The notes beneath the pieces were generated by a model. The model was given only the letters and a program-made list of their open reading frames with translations. It searched no databases and had not been told where the DNA came from. DNA of 64,000 nt from Promethearchaeota archaeon. GTDB taxonomy: Archaea > Asgardarchaeota > Lokiarchaeia > Sigyniarchaeales > SOKP01. The stretch covers positions 1 to 64,000 of the forward strand of contig JBHLOY010000006.1 in NCBI GenBank assembly GCA_048939995.1, read 5' to 3'. How positions within the stretch are numbered: position 1 is the first letter of the stretch; every line of letters begins with the position of its first letter. A program made the position numbers and the translations under genes. Of this stretch, positions 27,557 through 38,310 are shown in pieces.

Positions 27557-30500
27557 ATGTCAGAATTTCGTGAGGATTTATTAATATCTCCTATTAATAA
27601 AAAACGAATAATTGGAATATTTTTGGTTTCAATTCTATTAATCTCACTATTTGCTTTTTCTGTATTGTTTTATAGTTTCCTTTTCGAGAGTCAAAGACCT
27701 TTTCCAAGTGATCAACTTTCAGAGGCGGAATGGGAAGATGCTGATTTGACCTTACCACCATCTCCTTATAATTTCTCTGGAGATGATTTTAACGATTTAA
27801 ATTTAACATTAGACCAACTTCAAGATTTATTAGATACCATCCAAGATATGTTTGATGGAGATATTGATGATTTTGATCAAGTGAATTTCTCACAAAGCCA
27901 ATTAGCTTTACTTGCTTCTGAAGCTGAAGTATTTAGACTTTATGAATATGATTTTTTTGATGATATGACAAATAAATTATGGAAATACGAATGTTTTGAT
28001 GAATATACTGGCGATGGTTGGCACTCTACAGCAGCCACGCAACTATCTGATTTTTATCCTTACAGTAACTACTCTTATTATCATTGGGATAAGGATCTAT
28101 TTAGAATTAGAATGCCTTTGTCCCCCACTATTGGAGTAAATTCTTTTGTAATTCCAACTCTTTTTCCAAGACCTCTTATTATAGAAAGTGGAATTTATTC
28201 AATCCCTCCAAATTTAAATTTCGGTTCTGAAGATTTGTATATTGATGATTTAAATAGCTCTATATTGGAAGTGGATTTTATTAGTTCCGAGGATACAAAT
28301 CTCTCATATTATTTATTTGGTCTAGACTTACCAGATAATAATCAAATTAATAATACTGCGGCGCAAGCTCAATATACACCTCTTTCTATTCAAAGTAGAT
28401 ATTTACAACTTCCCCCATCTATAAATGTATATTTAGCTAATAACCCTTATGTTTATAATCACTTCATTATCTTAAATAATACTATAAATCAAAATGATAA
28501 CGCATTTGTAGTAGCTAATAAAATAAGAAATTATTTCCAAACATATTTTACATTCCCTCTTGATCCAGATGATTATGTTCCTGCCCCGGATGGAAGAGAT
28601 GTAGTAGATTGGTTTTGTGAAACGCAAATAGGTACTTGGGCGGATTTTGCTTCCGCTTTTTGTGTGTTTACAAGACTCTTCGGAATTGCAAGTAGATTTG
28701 TTGATGGATTCAATAGTTTTGGTATTGAAGAATTTTGGGATCCGTTAGAAATGATGAATACCTCTGCCATTAAATATAGGAATCTTTACAACTGGGCTGA
28801 AATTTTTATTCCTACTGATACCTTAGGAAATGGTCTATGGGTACAAATGGATATTTTATTTGATAGCTTTGGAGCAGGGGGGAATCCAATAATAGGGGGT
28901 GACTATAGAATCTCTGCCAGCTCTGATAATTTTATTTATAATAGAGGAGATTCAGCAAACTTAACAGCTTATTTGAGTTCGAGTACAGAGCCTATAGATA
29001 ATAAGCGAATTACTTTTAGAGATGTAAGTAATGGAGAAATTCTAGGTTCTAGCTTTACAGACATTAATGGACAGGCTTCTATCTTAACCAATATTAATAA
29101 TTCAAAAATAGTTGGCCCCCATGTAATTGAAGCACGTTTTGATTTTTTCATCGCAAATTATACTTTCCTTATCATTGAAGGAGAAATTCAAGTAAGACTA
29201 ACTAATGTTTATCCAACCACAGTTAATACCTCAGGTTTCACAGATATACAAGGATATTTATACGATCCTATAAAAACAGAGGCAGTGAAGGATGCTCAAG
29301 TAAATTTTATATTATTTCAAAATGGTACAAATAATAAGATATTTAATGCATTTATCCCTCCCTTCCGAGATACTGATCTTAATGGTAATTTTGATGATAC
29401 TCTAAATCTCAATCCTAGTGTAGATTCAGGCCTGTATGAAATAAGAGTTGATTTTAATGGTACCTTTAGTTTACCTAACTATCCTAATTTACCTCCTAGT
29501 TTCACATATAATCCAATTACGAATTCCAGTCAAAGAGTTGGACTTAATGTAACAAAACCACCATCCGTTTTATTTTATATCAATAATCTTCCTATTCAAG
29601 ATGTAAATAATCCTAAAGTTTATAGATACAACGTTTTAAATCTTACCGCAAAAGTTTTAGTTGAAAATGTTGGGCCACTTCAAGGACAAAGAGTCTATTT
29701 TTACGATCATACACAAGGAGGTATTGAAATAGGTTATAATATAACAGATGTGAACGGAATAGCATCAATTAATTACTTTATTGGAGATAATAGCATAACT
29801 GGTCCAAATTTGTTGTACGCAAGACACTATTCACAAGAAAATTATTCTTATTTCATTTTAAATGAAGAGCCTTTGATAAACATTATCTCTGGACCAAACC
29901 CGAGAGAAATTAATCGAACAGCAACAGGGGCTACAAATACACAGTTTTCTATTGAAGGGGAAATCTTAGATACTACTAATTTTAATCGTATAAACAATTG
30001 TGAATTAACATTGAAGTTACTGAGGTTTGGGTTAGATTATTCTTCTTACTTAATTCCAAGCGAATATATTTGGACAAGCGATGGTTATTTTAATTTACCA
30101 TTTGAAGTTGCTCCAAATATTCCAACGGGAAATTATACTTTAAGGTTAGATTTTAATGGTACATTTGATCGCTTTGGTGAACCTTATCCATATTATTTTA
30201 CTCTCCCCATTATAAATACTTCCTCAGCTTTTCCATATGAATTGCTTATTTCTACCCCTACAACATTATCATTTAATTTCTGGATAAATGGAACTACTTC
30301 TAACGATTATAATCAGCCTGTGGTTAATCGAAATGGAGATTTAGATCTCACAGTATATTTAACTTATGGTGGGGTTCCAATTGCTGATGGAGAAATTATT
30401 TACTTTTATGATATTACCCAAGAATTCTTAATTGGAACAGCATCGACTACTTTAGGATTTGCTCAACTGATATATTCCACAAACCCTTCTACTGTAGCGG

Positions 30501-31987
30501 GACCACATCTATTAAGAGCAAGGTGGGGGTCTAACTACAATTATTCATATTTCATTTTAGATGAGCCAATAATTTTAAACCTTGCAAGTGGACCTATACC
30601 TCGAGAAATTAATAGAGGACAAACAAACTTTAATTTGCATGGTTATGTAAATGATATATTTAATGGACTTCCTATAAAATTCGCGAGAATCTCAGTTTAT
30701 ATGGTTGATGGAGGAACCGATTATACTTCTTATCTTAGGTTAATTGGGGGATCCTATCAACTAGGTATTAATGGTGAATTTGATCTTACTTTTTCAGTGT
30801 TAAGTTCCACCCCTGATAAAAATTTTACCTTACAAATTGAATTTAACGGGATTTTTTCTTATTCAAGCCCCCGAAATTACAATAATGAACATGATTTTTA
30901 TTTAGCTTTCCCGAACTTTTATGATCTTATAAACTGTACTAATGAATTAAAAGTGATTGATCCCGAAAATCTTAATATTAATTTAGCTGTTGAGGGAAAT
31001 CCAACCTTACCCTTTTATGATAATGCATTCCCTCCAGAAAGTTACTATTTTGGAGAAATTGCTCATGTCCAAGTCCAAATTATACATGCATTACCAAAAG
31101 CGGGAAATACTGTATATCTTTATGATGATTTTACCAACAATCTTATTTCTTCTTCTACTTTTCCAGACGAATCCGGATTTACGCAATTTGATATTCCAAC
31201 TAACACATTACATGCTGGATTAATAAGGTTCCGAGTAAACTATCATACTTATAGCACGTTTAATACTACTTATATTGTAATTAATGAGACAATCAGTATT
31301 TCTATTAACTCAAATAGAAATAATATTCAAAGAAATATACAATTATTTAATGTTAATGGCAATCTGCAGCAAAATGGAACCAATCTAGATGGTTTAACTA
31401 TTGGTATGCTCTTATTAGATGATGTATTTACAGATGTTTCAGCATATGTAAATTTTAATGGTCCTCAATTCAGAGTGGTTTCTAATGGTAACTATTTTTA
31501 CATAGATAATTCTATATTTTTAAATTGCCCTCCTGGTAATTATTATTTACTGGTTTATTTCACTGGAAGTATTAGCGAATCTGGAATCTCATTAACAAAT
31601 TATATGATTCCTTCAATGAGTATGCTTGTTCCTATAAATATAACAGCTGGCACTAGCATAATTGGGAACTATGACACGAGAGTTGTTAAAGACCAATTCT
31701 ATGAAGGAGATGATCTTTATGCCTGGGGGTACTTAAGATGGGATAATGGTAGTGCCTTAGCTTTTAATGAAGTTAATGTAACAATCCGGGATAGTTTGGG
31801 AAATATTATTTCAAGTGGGATTGGTTTTACAGATATTAATGGATTTTTCAATATCACAATCCCTGTAGGGGCAGGTTGGCCTGATAACGCCCAGGTATGG
31901 GTGAATTTTTATCCTAAAGATAACTTTGGTGCTCCATTTTATTACTTTATTAAAGCAATTGAACAGCAGTTATTTAGACAACCATAA
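27557..31987 (+). CDS. Membrane-anchored transglutaminase-like protein (catalytic residues lost) with Ig-like repeats
   Basis: N-terminal TM; DVVDWF...GTWADFASAF...GIASRFVDGF...YNWAEIF...WVQMD transglutaminase scaffold; repeated beta-rich units after aa ~450; many N-x-S/T sequons. Confidence 0.85.
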   Translation: MSEFREDLLISPINKKRIIGIFLVSILLISLFAFSVLFYSFLFESQRPFPSDQLSEAEWEDADLTLPPSPYNFSGDDFNDLNLTLDQLQDLLDTIQDMFDGDIDDFDQVNFSQSQLALLASEAEVFRLYEYDFFDDMTNKLWKYECFDEYTGDGWHSTAATQLSDFYPYSNYSYYHWDKDLFRIRMPLSPTIGVNSFVIPTLFPRPLIIESGIYSIPPNLNFGSEDLYIDDLNSSILEVDFISSEDTNLSYYLFGLDLPDNNQINNTAAQAQYTPLSIQSRYLQLPPSINVYLANNPYVYNHFIILNNTINQNDNAFVVANKIRNYFQTYFTFPLDPDDYVPAPDGRDVVDWFCETQIGTWADFASAFCVFTRLFGIASRFVDGFNSFGIEEFWDPLEMMNTSAIKYRNLYNWAEIFIPTDTLGNGLWVQMDILFDSFGAGGNPIIGGDYRISASSDNFIYNRGDSANLTAYLSSSTEPIDNKRITFRDVSNGEILGSSFTDINGQASILTNINNSKIVGPHVIEARFDFFIANYTFLIIEGEIQVRLTNVYPTTVNTSGFTDIQGYLYDPIKTEAVKDAQVNFILFQNGTNNKIFNAFIPPFRDTDLNGNFDDTLNLNPSVDSGLYEIRVDFNGTFSLPNYPNLPPSFTYNPITNSSQRVGLNVTKPPSVLFYINNLPIQDVNNPKVYRYNVLNLTAKVLVENVGPLQGQRVYFYDHTQGGIEIGYNITDVNGIASINYFIGDNSITGPNLLYARHYSQENYSYFILNEEPLINIISGPNPREINRTATGATNTQFSIEGEILDTTNFNRINNCELTLKLLRFGLDYSSYLIPSEYIWTSDGYFNLPFEVAPNIPTGNYTLRLDFNGTFDRFGEPYPYYFTLPIINTSSAFPYELLISTPTTLSFNFWINGTTSNDYNQPVVNRNGDLDLTVYLTYGGVPIADGEIIYFYDITQEFLIGTASTTLGFAQLIYSTNPSTVAGPHLLRARWGSNYNYSYFILDEPIILNLASGPIPREINRGQTNFNLHGYVNDIFNGLPIKFARISVYMVDGGTDYTSYLRLIGGSYQLGINGEFDLTFSVLSSTPDKNFTLQIEFNGIFSYSSPRNYNNEHDFYLAFPNFYDLINCTNELKVIDPENLNINLAVEGNPTLPFYDNAFPPESYYFGEIAHVQVQIIHALPKAGNTVYLYDDFTNNLISSSTFPDESGFTQFDIPTNTLHAGLIRFRVNYHTYSTFNTTYIVINETISISINSNRNNIQRNIQLFNVNGNLQQNGTNLDGLTIGMLLLDDVFTDVSAYVNFNGPQFRVVSNGNYFYIDNSIFLNCPPGNYYLLVYFTGSISESGISLTNYMIPSMSMLVPINITAGTSIIGNYDTRVVKDQFYEGDDLYAWGYLRWDNGSALAFNEVNVTIRDSLGNIISSGIGFTDINGFFNITIPVGAGWPDNAQVWVNFYPKDNFGAPFYYFIKAIEQQLFRQP

Positions 31988-32003
31988 TGGAAGATCAATT
32001 TTT

Positions 32004-33569
32004 ATGAAAGATAAGGATAGAAAGAAGAATAACGGAAAATTTCAGCGGAAAAAACACAAATTAGGATTTTTTTTAATAATTTCGACTCTCTTCTTAATTA
32101 GTCTAAATTGTAATACTAATATTATAAAGCACACAGAAAGTAAAACTTTAAAGACCTCTGGTATTTGGGCAACTCTAGATTTAATAGATGTATTCGGAGT
32201 TAATAATTCTCGGCATCCACATGATTCTACTATACAAATCTACGGAAGATTATATAATAGAATAACTGATGAGGGAAAAGCAGGGTTTACTATAGCTCTA
32301 AAAATCAATAGCATAATGTATCCAAGTATAAACGATGACACAGATATAAGTGGGTATTTTTTAATCAATTATGTTGTTGATTCGGCTCTTGATGTTTACT
32401 TCAGCCATATAATCGAAGCTGAAGTTATTGATCCTACACCAGATAATGTAGAATATCGTACACATTTATTAATCTTTACAAATACTGCTTCTTATTTTAA
32501 CGTACAAGACCCTCCATCTGCATCTTTACATGGAGAATTTTTTAATTTTGAAGGATATTTAAACTTTCAAAGCGGAACAGGAATCCCTAATAAGCTTGTT
32601 AGTTATTATTGGTATGATGGCTCAAATATCGTAGATTCGAATATCATTTTTACAGATAGTTCAGGCAAAATCCCCTATAATAATATATTCATACCTTTTG
32701 TTCCACAAGATGACTTGATTTTAAAACTGAATTTTTCTGATTATCCATACGTAGATTACTCTGAAATTATAGTAAGCAATACAAAGATTTTTTCAGATAT
32801 ATCATGTGTATGGAATTTACCATCTACTATTACGGAAAATAATGATTTAAATATCGCTGGAACATTAATATCAAGCACAGATTCGAATCTTAAAATTAAC
32901 AATCGCAATATAGAAATATTTTATAATGCAACATATATTGGTACAGATACTACAGATAATAATGGAGATTTTTCGTTTATTTACAGCCTTCCTATTGGAG
33001 TTGGGGTTAGTAGTATAAGAATAGTTTTAGGAGGGACTGGAATAGATACAATTCGGTATATTGATGTAGAAGCTGAAACGCCAAGTGCGCCAATACCACC
33101 AGGTCAGACACCATACTTGCTATTTTTAACAATTTTTTTACCAATTTTAGCCAGTATAATTATAGGATTAGCAATCTATGGTTATCGTTATTACAAAAAA
33201 CAAGATAAGCTTTCAAGAGTAGTAAATTTACCTCTTGAAAGTAAAATCATAAATCTTAAAATTCTTAAAGATTCTGGAAGATTAGAGGAATCTTTATCAT
33301 ACCTTTTTAATGCAATCTATATGGATTTAATAAATGCAAAATATGGTAGATCAAGAAATGTAAATGAAACTATAAGGGATTTTGCAATAGTTAGCGTAAA
33401 AGATTTAAAGTTAAATCCTACAACTATTTACCCATTTATTCAAAAAATTGAAGAAATAATTTATGCAAAACCATTTCAGATAGGTGAAAATGATTTTTAT
33501 AAAACAATAGAATTATTTTCACCGATTTACTTTCAATTAACAGGATATAACTTCATATTGAATTTTTAA
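32004..33569 (+). CDS. Ig-like surface protein with C-terminal TM and cytoplasmic DUF4129-like domain
   Basis: Likely start MKDKD (ATG 32004); signal/TM, Ig-like TDxxGxF motifs, TM near aa 400-420 of the listed ORF, then ETIRDFA...IEEIIYA. Confidence 0.75.
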   Translation: MKDKDRKKNNGKFQRKKHKLGFFLIISTLFLISLNCNTNIIKHTESKTLKTSGIWATLDLIDVFGVNNSRHPHDSTIQIYGRLYNRITDEGKAGFTIALKINSIMYPSINDDTDISGYFLINYVVDSALDVYFSHIIEAEVIDPTPDNVEYRTHLLIFTNTASYFNVQDPPSASLHGEFFNFEGYLNFQSGTGIPNKLVSYYWYDGSNIVDSNIIFTDSSGKIPYNNIFIPFVPQDDLILKLNFSDYPYVDYSEIIVSNTKIFSDISCVWNLPSTITENNDLNIAGTLISSTDSNLKINNRNIEIFYNATYIGTDTTDNNGDFSFIYSLPIGVGVSSIRIVLGGTGIDTIRYIDVEAETPSAPIPPGQTPYLLFLTIFLPILASIIIGLAIYGYRYYKKQDKLSRVVNLPLESKIINLKILKDSGRLEESLSYLFNAIYMDLINAKYGRSRNVNETIRDFAIVSVKDLKLNPTTIYPFIQKIEEIIYAKPFQIGENDFYKTIELFSPIYFQLTGYNFILNF

Positions 33570-33674
33570 AAGAAATATTATAAATATAAACAAATTTGAT
33601 GAAAAAGAATTACAAAAAAATAAAAACTCGTAAAAAATAATTTATTAAAAAAAAATTAAGTAGAAGGTTTTAGT

Positions 33675-34055
33675 ATGGCAAAAGTAAAGAAAAGGAAAAA
33701 ACAACAAGAACCCGAGCTAGATGTATCCCAAAGTTTTGAAAATGTAAAGGTTTTAGTTCAATCGGAAAGAGCTAAAGAAGCTATAGCTTATATCTATCTT
33801 GTTTATAACGATCTCGTTAGAAGAAAATACAAGAAACCGAGATTAGCTCATCAAACGATTCGGGAATATGCTATTACTTGCGTTAACGAATTAGGTCAGA
33901 AGCCTGAATCAGTATATCCATTTATAAGAAAGATAGAGGATATAATTTATGGGGGAGTGGAACCAACAAGTAAAGAATTAAATTTTACAATAGAATTATT
34001 TTCAAATCTTTATAATGAAATGACGGGAAAGAAGTTGCATGCTGTAAGCTTTTAG
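33675..34055 (+). CDS. Stand-alone DUF4129-like protein
   Basis: AIAYIY...QTIREYA...IEDIIYGG; similar to the C-terminal domain of the preceding gene. Confidence 0.7.
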   Translation: MAKVKKRKKQQEPELDVSQSFENVKVLVQSERAKEAIAYIYLVYNDLVRRKYKKPRLAHQTIREYAITCVNELGQKPESVYPFIRKIEDIIYGGVEPTSKELNFTIELFSNLYNEMTGKKLHAVSF

Positions 34056-34095
34056 AATTAAAAAAAACCAAAATAATTTAATCTAAAATAAGAAG

Positions 34096-35859
34096 ATGGC
34101 TATCAGTGGAAAAAATAAAGGAAAAAATGTAAATTTATCAAAGGGAATAATTTTTGTGTTTTTTACCATATTTCTGATATTCTATGGTATTTTCATGTCA
34201 GATTTTATGGATATTTTTGAAGAAAACAATCCTGGAGAGGCATTACCTTCATACTTAAGCTATATTCCTTTTGTCTGTTATGTTGGAGCTATCTTTCTCG
34301 GTATTAGTTTCATAATTTTTCTTCGAAATATAACTGCTCAAAAGTCAAGAGAAGTACTTTCCCGTAAAAAAGTTCAAACGGGTTCTATTTATAAAGAAGC
34401 CTTATTACTCACAATCTTTATCTTTGCTTTTGTCCCATTAATTGGTCCTATCTTCGATCGAGGAGAGAATGACCAGAATTTTTCGATATATAATGATGAT
34501 TGGAATGGAGCTTCAGATTTTAAATATACCCTTGAACAAGAAGGTTATGATATTATGGCAATTCAAACTAGCCTTAGTGCAACCGAACGCCTTAATAAAC
34601 TAAATAAGTCAATTCTATTAATACTATTAGGAACAAATCAGTTTTATAATCCTATTAACGAAATACCATATTTTATAAACTTTTTTAAAAGTACTGTCCC
34701 AAACTCTCTTTTAATATGCCATGATCATGGCAGTACAAGTACTTTACTTTGGGAGATATTTATTGCTAGTGCCTTAGATCCGGACATTCAAGGTGCTCTA
34801 CCTGTCACTATATTTCCAAATGGAATCTTAAGAGATAATGGGTCCTATGAGTTAAGGCCTGATTTTCCAGTTATTGAATCTTTTCCAGGACATCCAACTA
34901 CAGCAGGAACCAATCCACCTTCAACAAACATTGATAGAATTATCCTATCTGAAGCCTCTGCCGTCGTTGGAGGACCTTTTGTAACTTATTTTGGATGGGA
35001 TGTTGTGGGATCCACTACTGACTACTCTTATGTTGATGTAAATGGAGATTATATGTATAAAGAAGTGGATGATTATGTGGATTTAAGTATGATATCTGCA
35101 GTAATACCTGTCTTTCCTGATAGATTAGGATTAGGAAGGGCACAAACAGTATTTGTAGCAAAAGATACTGGTATCGGGAGAATTTTTTTATCAGCAGATG
35201 CTAGCTTATTCAATAATGAATTAATTAATCAACCAGGTTTTGATAATCGCCAATTTGGAATTAATATCGTAAATTGGCTAACATTTAATCATCCTAAAGA
35301 AGATTGGGTCATTGCTTTTGATGAGGCTCATATTCGGCCAGAATATTCAAGAGATTTGACTTCTGCTGGAATTTTTGGTTTTATTATACAGTATATTATA
35401 CACCTTTCGACAAATCCGATCACAGCTTGGATATATCCTCTCCTCGCAGTCTATACCCTGAGAAAATATTTACCAAAGAAGGATGAAAAAGCTCAGAAAA
35501 AGAAAGCTAAAAAGCAAGAACAAAAAGAAGAGCATGAAAGATTTAGAACATCTTCCTATTTTGCCCAAAAAATAGAATGGTTCAGAAGTAAAAATGAATA
35601 TAGCAAGGCTCTAAAACTATTATACAGAAGATTAGAGCGTAAATTAAATACTCAATTAGGAGATCGCCTTATCTCAACTAAAAATGTGGTTGACTTAGCA
35701 ATAGCTAAAGAACCAAATATATCAAAAGTAAAAACAAAACGAATATCAAAATTCATAGACAGAATGCTGTCTATTAAAGAAGGAAAATCTAAAGTAAAAA
35801 ATGAACAAGATTTTGAGAACCTATTCTTTGAGATGGAATGGGTTGTTAATAATATATAA
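34096..35859 (+). CDS. DUF4350-like membrane protein
   Basis: Three N-terminal TMs, FSIYNDDWNGASDF, GRIFLSADASLFNNELI...DNRQFGINIVNWL...FDEAH, TM, cytoplasmic helical tail. Confidence 0.75.
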   Translation: MAISGKNKGKNVNLSKGIIFVFFTIFLIFYGIFMSDFMDIFEENNPGEALPSYLSYIPFVCYVGAIFLGISFIIFLRNITAQKSREVLSRKKVQTGSIYKEALLLTIFIFAFVPLIGPIFDRGENDQNFSIYNDDWNGASDFKYTLEQEGYDIMAIQTSLSATERLNKLNKSILLILLGTNQFYNPINEIPYFINFFKSTVPNSLLICHDHGSTSTLLWEIFIASALDPDIQGALPVTIFPNGILRDNGSYELRPDFPVIESFPGHPTTAGTNPPSTNIDRIILSEASAVVGGPFVTYFGWDVVGSTTDYSYVDVNGDYMYKEVDDYVDLSMISAVIPVFPDRLGLGRAQTVFVAKDTGIGRIFLSADASLFNNELINQPGFDNRQFGINIVNWLTFNHPKEDWVIAFDEAHIRPEYSRDLTSAGIFGFIIQYIIHLSTNPITAWIYPLLAVYTLRKYLPKKDEKAQKKKAKKQEQKEEHERFRTSSYFAQKIEWFRSKNEYSKALKLLYRRLERKLNTQLGDRLISTKNVVDLAIAKEPNISKVKTKRISKFIDRMLSIKEGKSKVKNEQDFENLFFEMEWVVNNI

Positions 35860-35908
35860 AATAATCATGATCACCAATTAAATTAAGAATAAAATAAAAA
35901 ATAAAAAT

Positions 35909-36910
35909 GTGAAAAATATGGAAGTCCCAGAAAAAGGCCCGGATAAAGCAAAATATTATGAGAGAGAGGAACTTGATGTAGCTCCAATCCGAGAAATGGC
36001 TCAAGAGGTCTTAAGTGAAGTTTCACGCGTAATTGTGGGTTATGGGGAAACTTTGCAACAACTCTTTATAGCACTTCTCGTGAATGGCCATGTACTCTTA
36101 GAAGGAGTACCTGGTCTCGGTAAAACTGTTATGGCAAAGACATTTGCAAAAACATTAGGAATCTCATTTAGACGAGTACAATTTACCCCAGATCTACTAC
36201 CAGCGGATATTACAGGTACAAAAATATTTTCTCAAGAAGAAGGTAGTTTCGTTCTTCAAAAAGGTCCAATTTTTGCAAATGTTGTATTAGCAGATGAAAT
36301 AAATAGAAGTGCGCCAAAAACACAAGCAGCTTTATTAGAAGCCATGGCAGAACGACAAGTCACAATAGAAGGCCAGACCCTAGTATTAGATAAACCATTC
36401 ATTGTGCTTGCTACTGAAAATCCTATAGAAATGGAAGGTACATATCCTCTTCCTGAAGCCCAATTAGATAGATTTTTAATGAAGTTATGGTTAGATTATC
36501 CCGAAGAGGATGGAGAAGTGGAAATTATGAGAAGACAAATCTCCGGAGAGTCTCCTTCAGTTGAACAAATTACTAGTGCCCAAGAAATACTTGCTGCTCA
36601 AACGCTGATGAATCTTGTCTATATTGATGATAGAATATTAAAATATATAAGAGACATAATCTTAAAAACACGTAATCATCCACAATTAAGCATGGGGGCT
36701 GGTCCAAGAGCTAGTTTAGTATTAATGAAATGTGCTAAAGCTCGAGCATCTATTTTAGGACGTCAATACGTAACTCCTGATGATGTTCGTGCCTTAGTGT
36801 TCCCTGCATTGAATCATCGCATTCTATTAAAGCCAGAAGCGGAATTAGAAGGTCTAGATGTTAAATCAGTGATTAAAAATATCATCGAAGAAATTCCTAT
36901 ACCAATTTAA
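35909..36910 (+). CDS. moxR: MoxR family AAA+ ATPase (MoxR proper type)
   Basis: GHVLLEGVPGLGKT, RVQFTPDLLPADITG, LADEINR, ENPIEMEGTYPLPEAQLDRF. Confidence 0.96.
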   Translation: MKNMEVPEKGPDKAKYYEREELDVAPIREMAQEVLSEVSRVIVGYGETLQQLFIALLVNGHVLLEGVPGLGKTVMAKTFAKTLGISFRRVQFTPDLLPADITGTKIFSQEEGSFVLQKGPIFANVVLADEINRSAPKTQAALLEAMAERQVTIEGQTLVLDKPFIVLATENPIEMEGTYPLPEAQLDRFLMKLWLDYPEEDGEVEIMRRQISGESPSVEQITSAQEILAAQTLMNLVYIDDRILKYIRDIILKTRNHPQLSMGAGPRASLVLMKCAKARASILGRQYVTPDDVRALVFPALNHRILLKPEAELEGLDVKSVIKNIIEEIPIPI

Positions 36911-36979
36911 AGCAGCCTCTCTAAAAATAAAGCATAATATTTGTATAAGAAGAATAATTAAAAGGATGGTAAAATAAAA

Positions 36980-38308
36980 ATGTTTGGAGGAAAAGGAAGG
37001 ACATTAATTCTCTTTTCAGTTTTTTTCCTTACAGCCGGATTTGCATTTGTAAATTATTATTTAATATATTTTGCCATTCTCTTATTATTTAGCACAATAA
37101 TTAGTTTACCAATTTTTTATTGGAAAATGAATGTAGAGGAATTGCGTGTATATCGCGAGCTGGAAAAAGAAAAAGTATTCAAAGATGATTTTGTGCACGT
37201 GAAGGTAGTTGTTGAGAATACAGGAAAAAATAGCTTTGAATTTCTCGAGATTCGAGATTATTATAATCCAGAGCTCTTTCGGCTAGTCCTAGGTGAAAAT
37301 TTTATTTCTACTCGTATAGGTCCCAAAGGGTTAATTAAATTTTCTTATGTTCTAGAACCAAAAGTGAGAGGAGAGTATCCTCTTGGGCCTCTCTCAATTA
37401 CAATAAAAGACAGACTTGGCTTTAATTCAGAAGAAAGAATAGTTCCTAATAGTGTTTCGGACATATTAGTTTATCCTCCATATGAAGATATTAAAAGAAT
37501 TGAAATTTTAGGGTCTAAAAGATCACTGCAGCTAAATTATGGCCTTGAAAGATCTAAACAAAAAGGATTAGGCTCAGAATTTTATGGCATGAGAAAGTAT
37601 GTATTTGGAGATCAATTTAGATTAATAGATTGGAAGGCGAGTGCGCGTTCTCAACAACTAATTGTAAAGGAATTCGAAAGTGAACGAGATATCACAGTAA
37701 TGGTTATTGTCGACTCATCAAATTCTATGGCTGGAGGTGCCATTGAAAATACAAAGTTTGAATACGCTATAAGAGCTTGTATGCTTTTAACTAAAGTAGC
37801 ATTAACACGTAGAGATAGCATTGGTGTGTTTACCTTTTCAGATAAAAAAAATATGCAATTCTTAAAACCTGGAAAAGGAGAAGATCACTTTTATCAAGTA
37901 TTAGATTTTGTGGCTAGGATTAAACCTCAAGGAAAAAGCCGGATGGTTGAAGCTATGGATCATTTTATAAGACGATTTCAAAAGCGTAGTTTAATCTTCT
38001 TTATCTCGGATTTGGAATTGGATGTGAAAGAAATTGGACAGGCATTGAGAAAATTGATCCCCTTTAATCATACAGTTATAGTTGTTAATCCTTTTAGCCC
38101 ATGGTTTGAGATTCATGAAATTGATTTATCTTCTACTGATAAAGCTTTAGCAGAAGCCATAAGTGAAGAGATGATGGAGCATATTCTTAAAGTAAAACAA
38201 AATCTTCGAAATCTTGGAGTTAATATTATCACAGTAGGTCCTGATGATATGATGAATCAAGTATTAGGTAATTATATGGAGGCAAAGAAAAAAGGGAGGG
38301 CATTTTAA
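36980..38308 (+). CDS. DUF58 / vWA membrane protein
   Basis: Two N-terminal TMs, RGEYPLGP...DRLGF, GSEFYGMRKYVFGDQFRLIDWKASAR, VDSSNSM MIDAS, FISD. Confidence 0.92.
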   Translation: MFGGKGRTLILFSVFFLTAGFAFVNYYLIYFAILLLFSTIISLPIFYWKMNVEELRVYRELEKEKVFKDDFVHVKVVVENTGKNSFEFLEIRDYYNPELFRLVLGENFISTRIGPKGLIKFSYVLEPKVRGEYPLGPLSITIKDRLGFNSEERIVPNSVSDILVYPPYEDIKRIEILGSKRSLQLNYGLERSKQKGLGSEFYGMRKYVFGDQFRLIDWKASARSQQLIVKEFESERDITVMVIVDSSNSMAGGAIENTKFEYAIRACMLLTKVALTRRDSIGVFTFSDKKNMQFLKPGKGEDHFYQVLDFVARIKPQGKSRMVEAMDHFIRRFQKRSLIFFISDLELDVKEIGQALRKLIPFNHTVIVVNPFSPWFEIHEIDLSSTDKALAEAISEEMMEHILKVKQNLRNLGVNIITVGPDDMMNQVLGNYMEAKKKGRAF

Positions 38309-38310
38309 TT

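Noticed and set aside
31926-32003. Upstream TTG start for the Ig/DUF4129 gene
   Set aside because: Overlaps the previous gene by 62 bp; ATG 32004 gives a normal basic N-region plus hydrophobic segment
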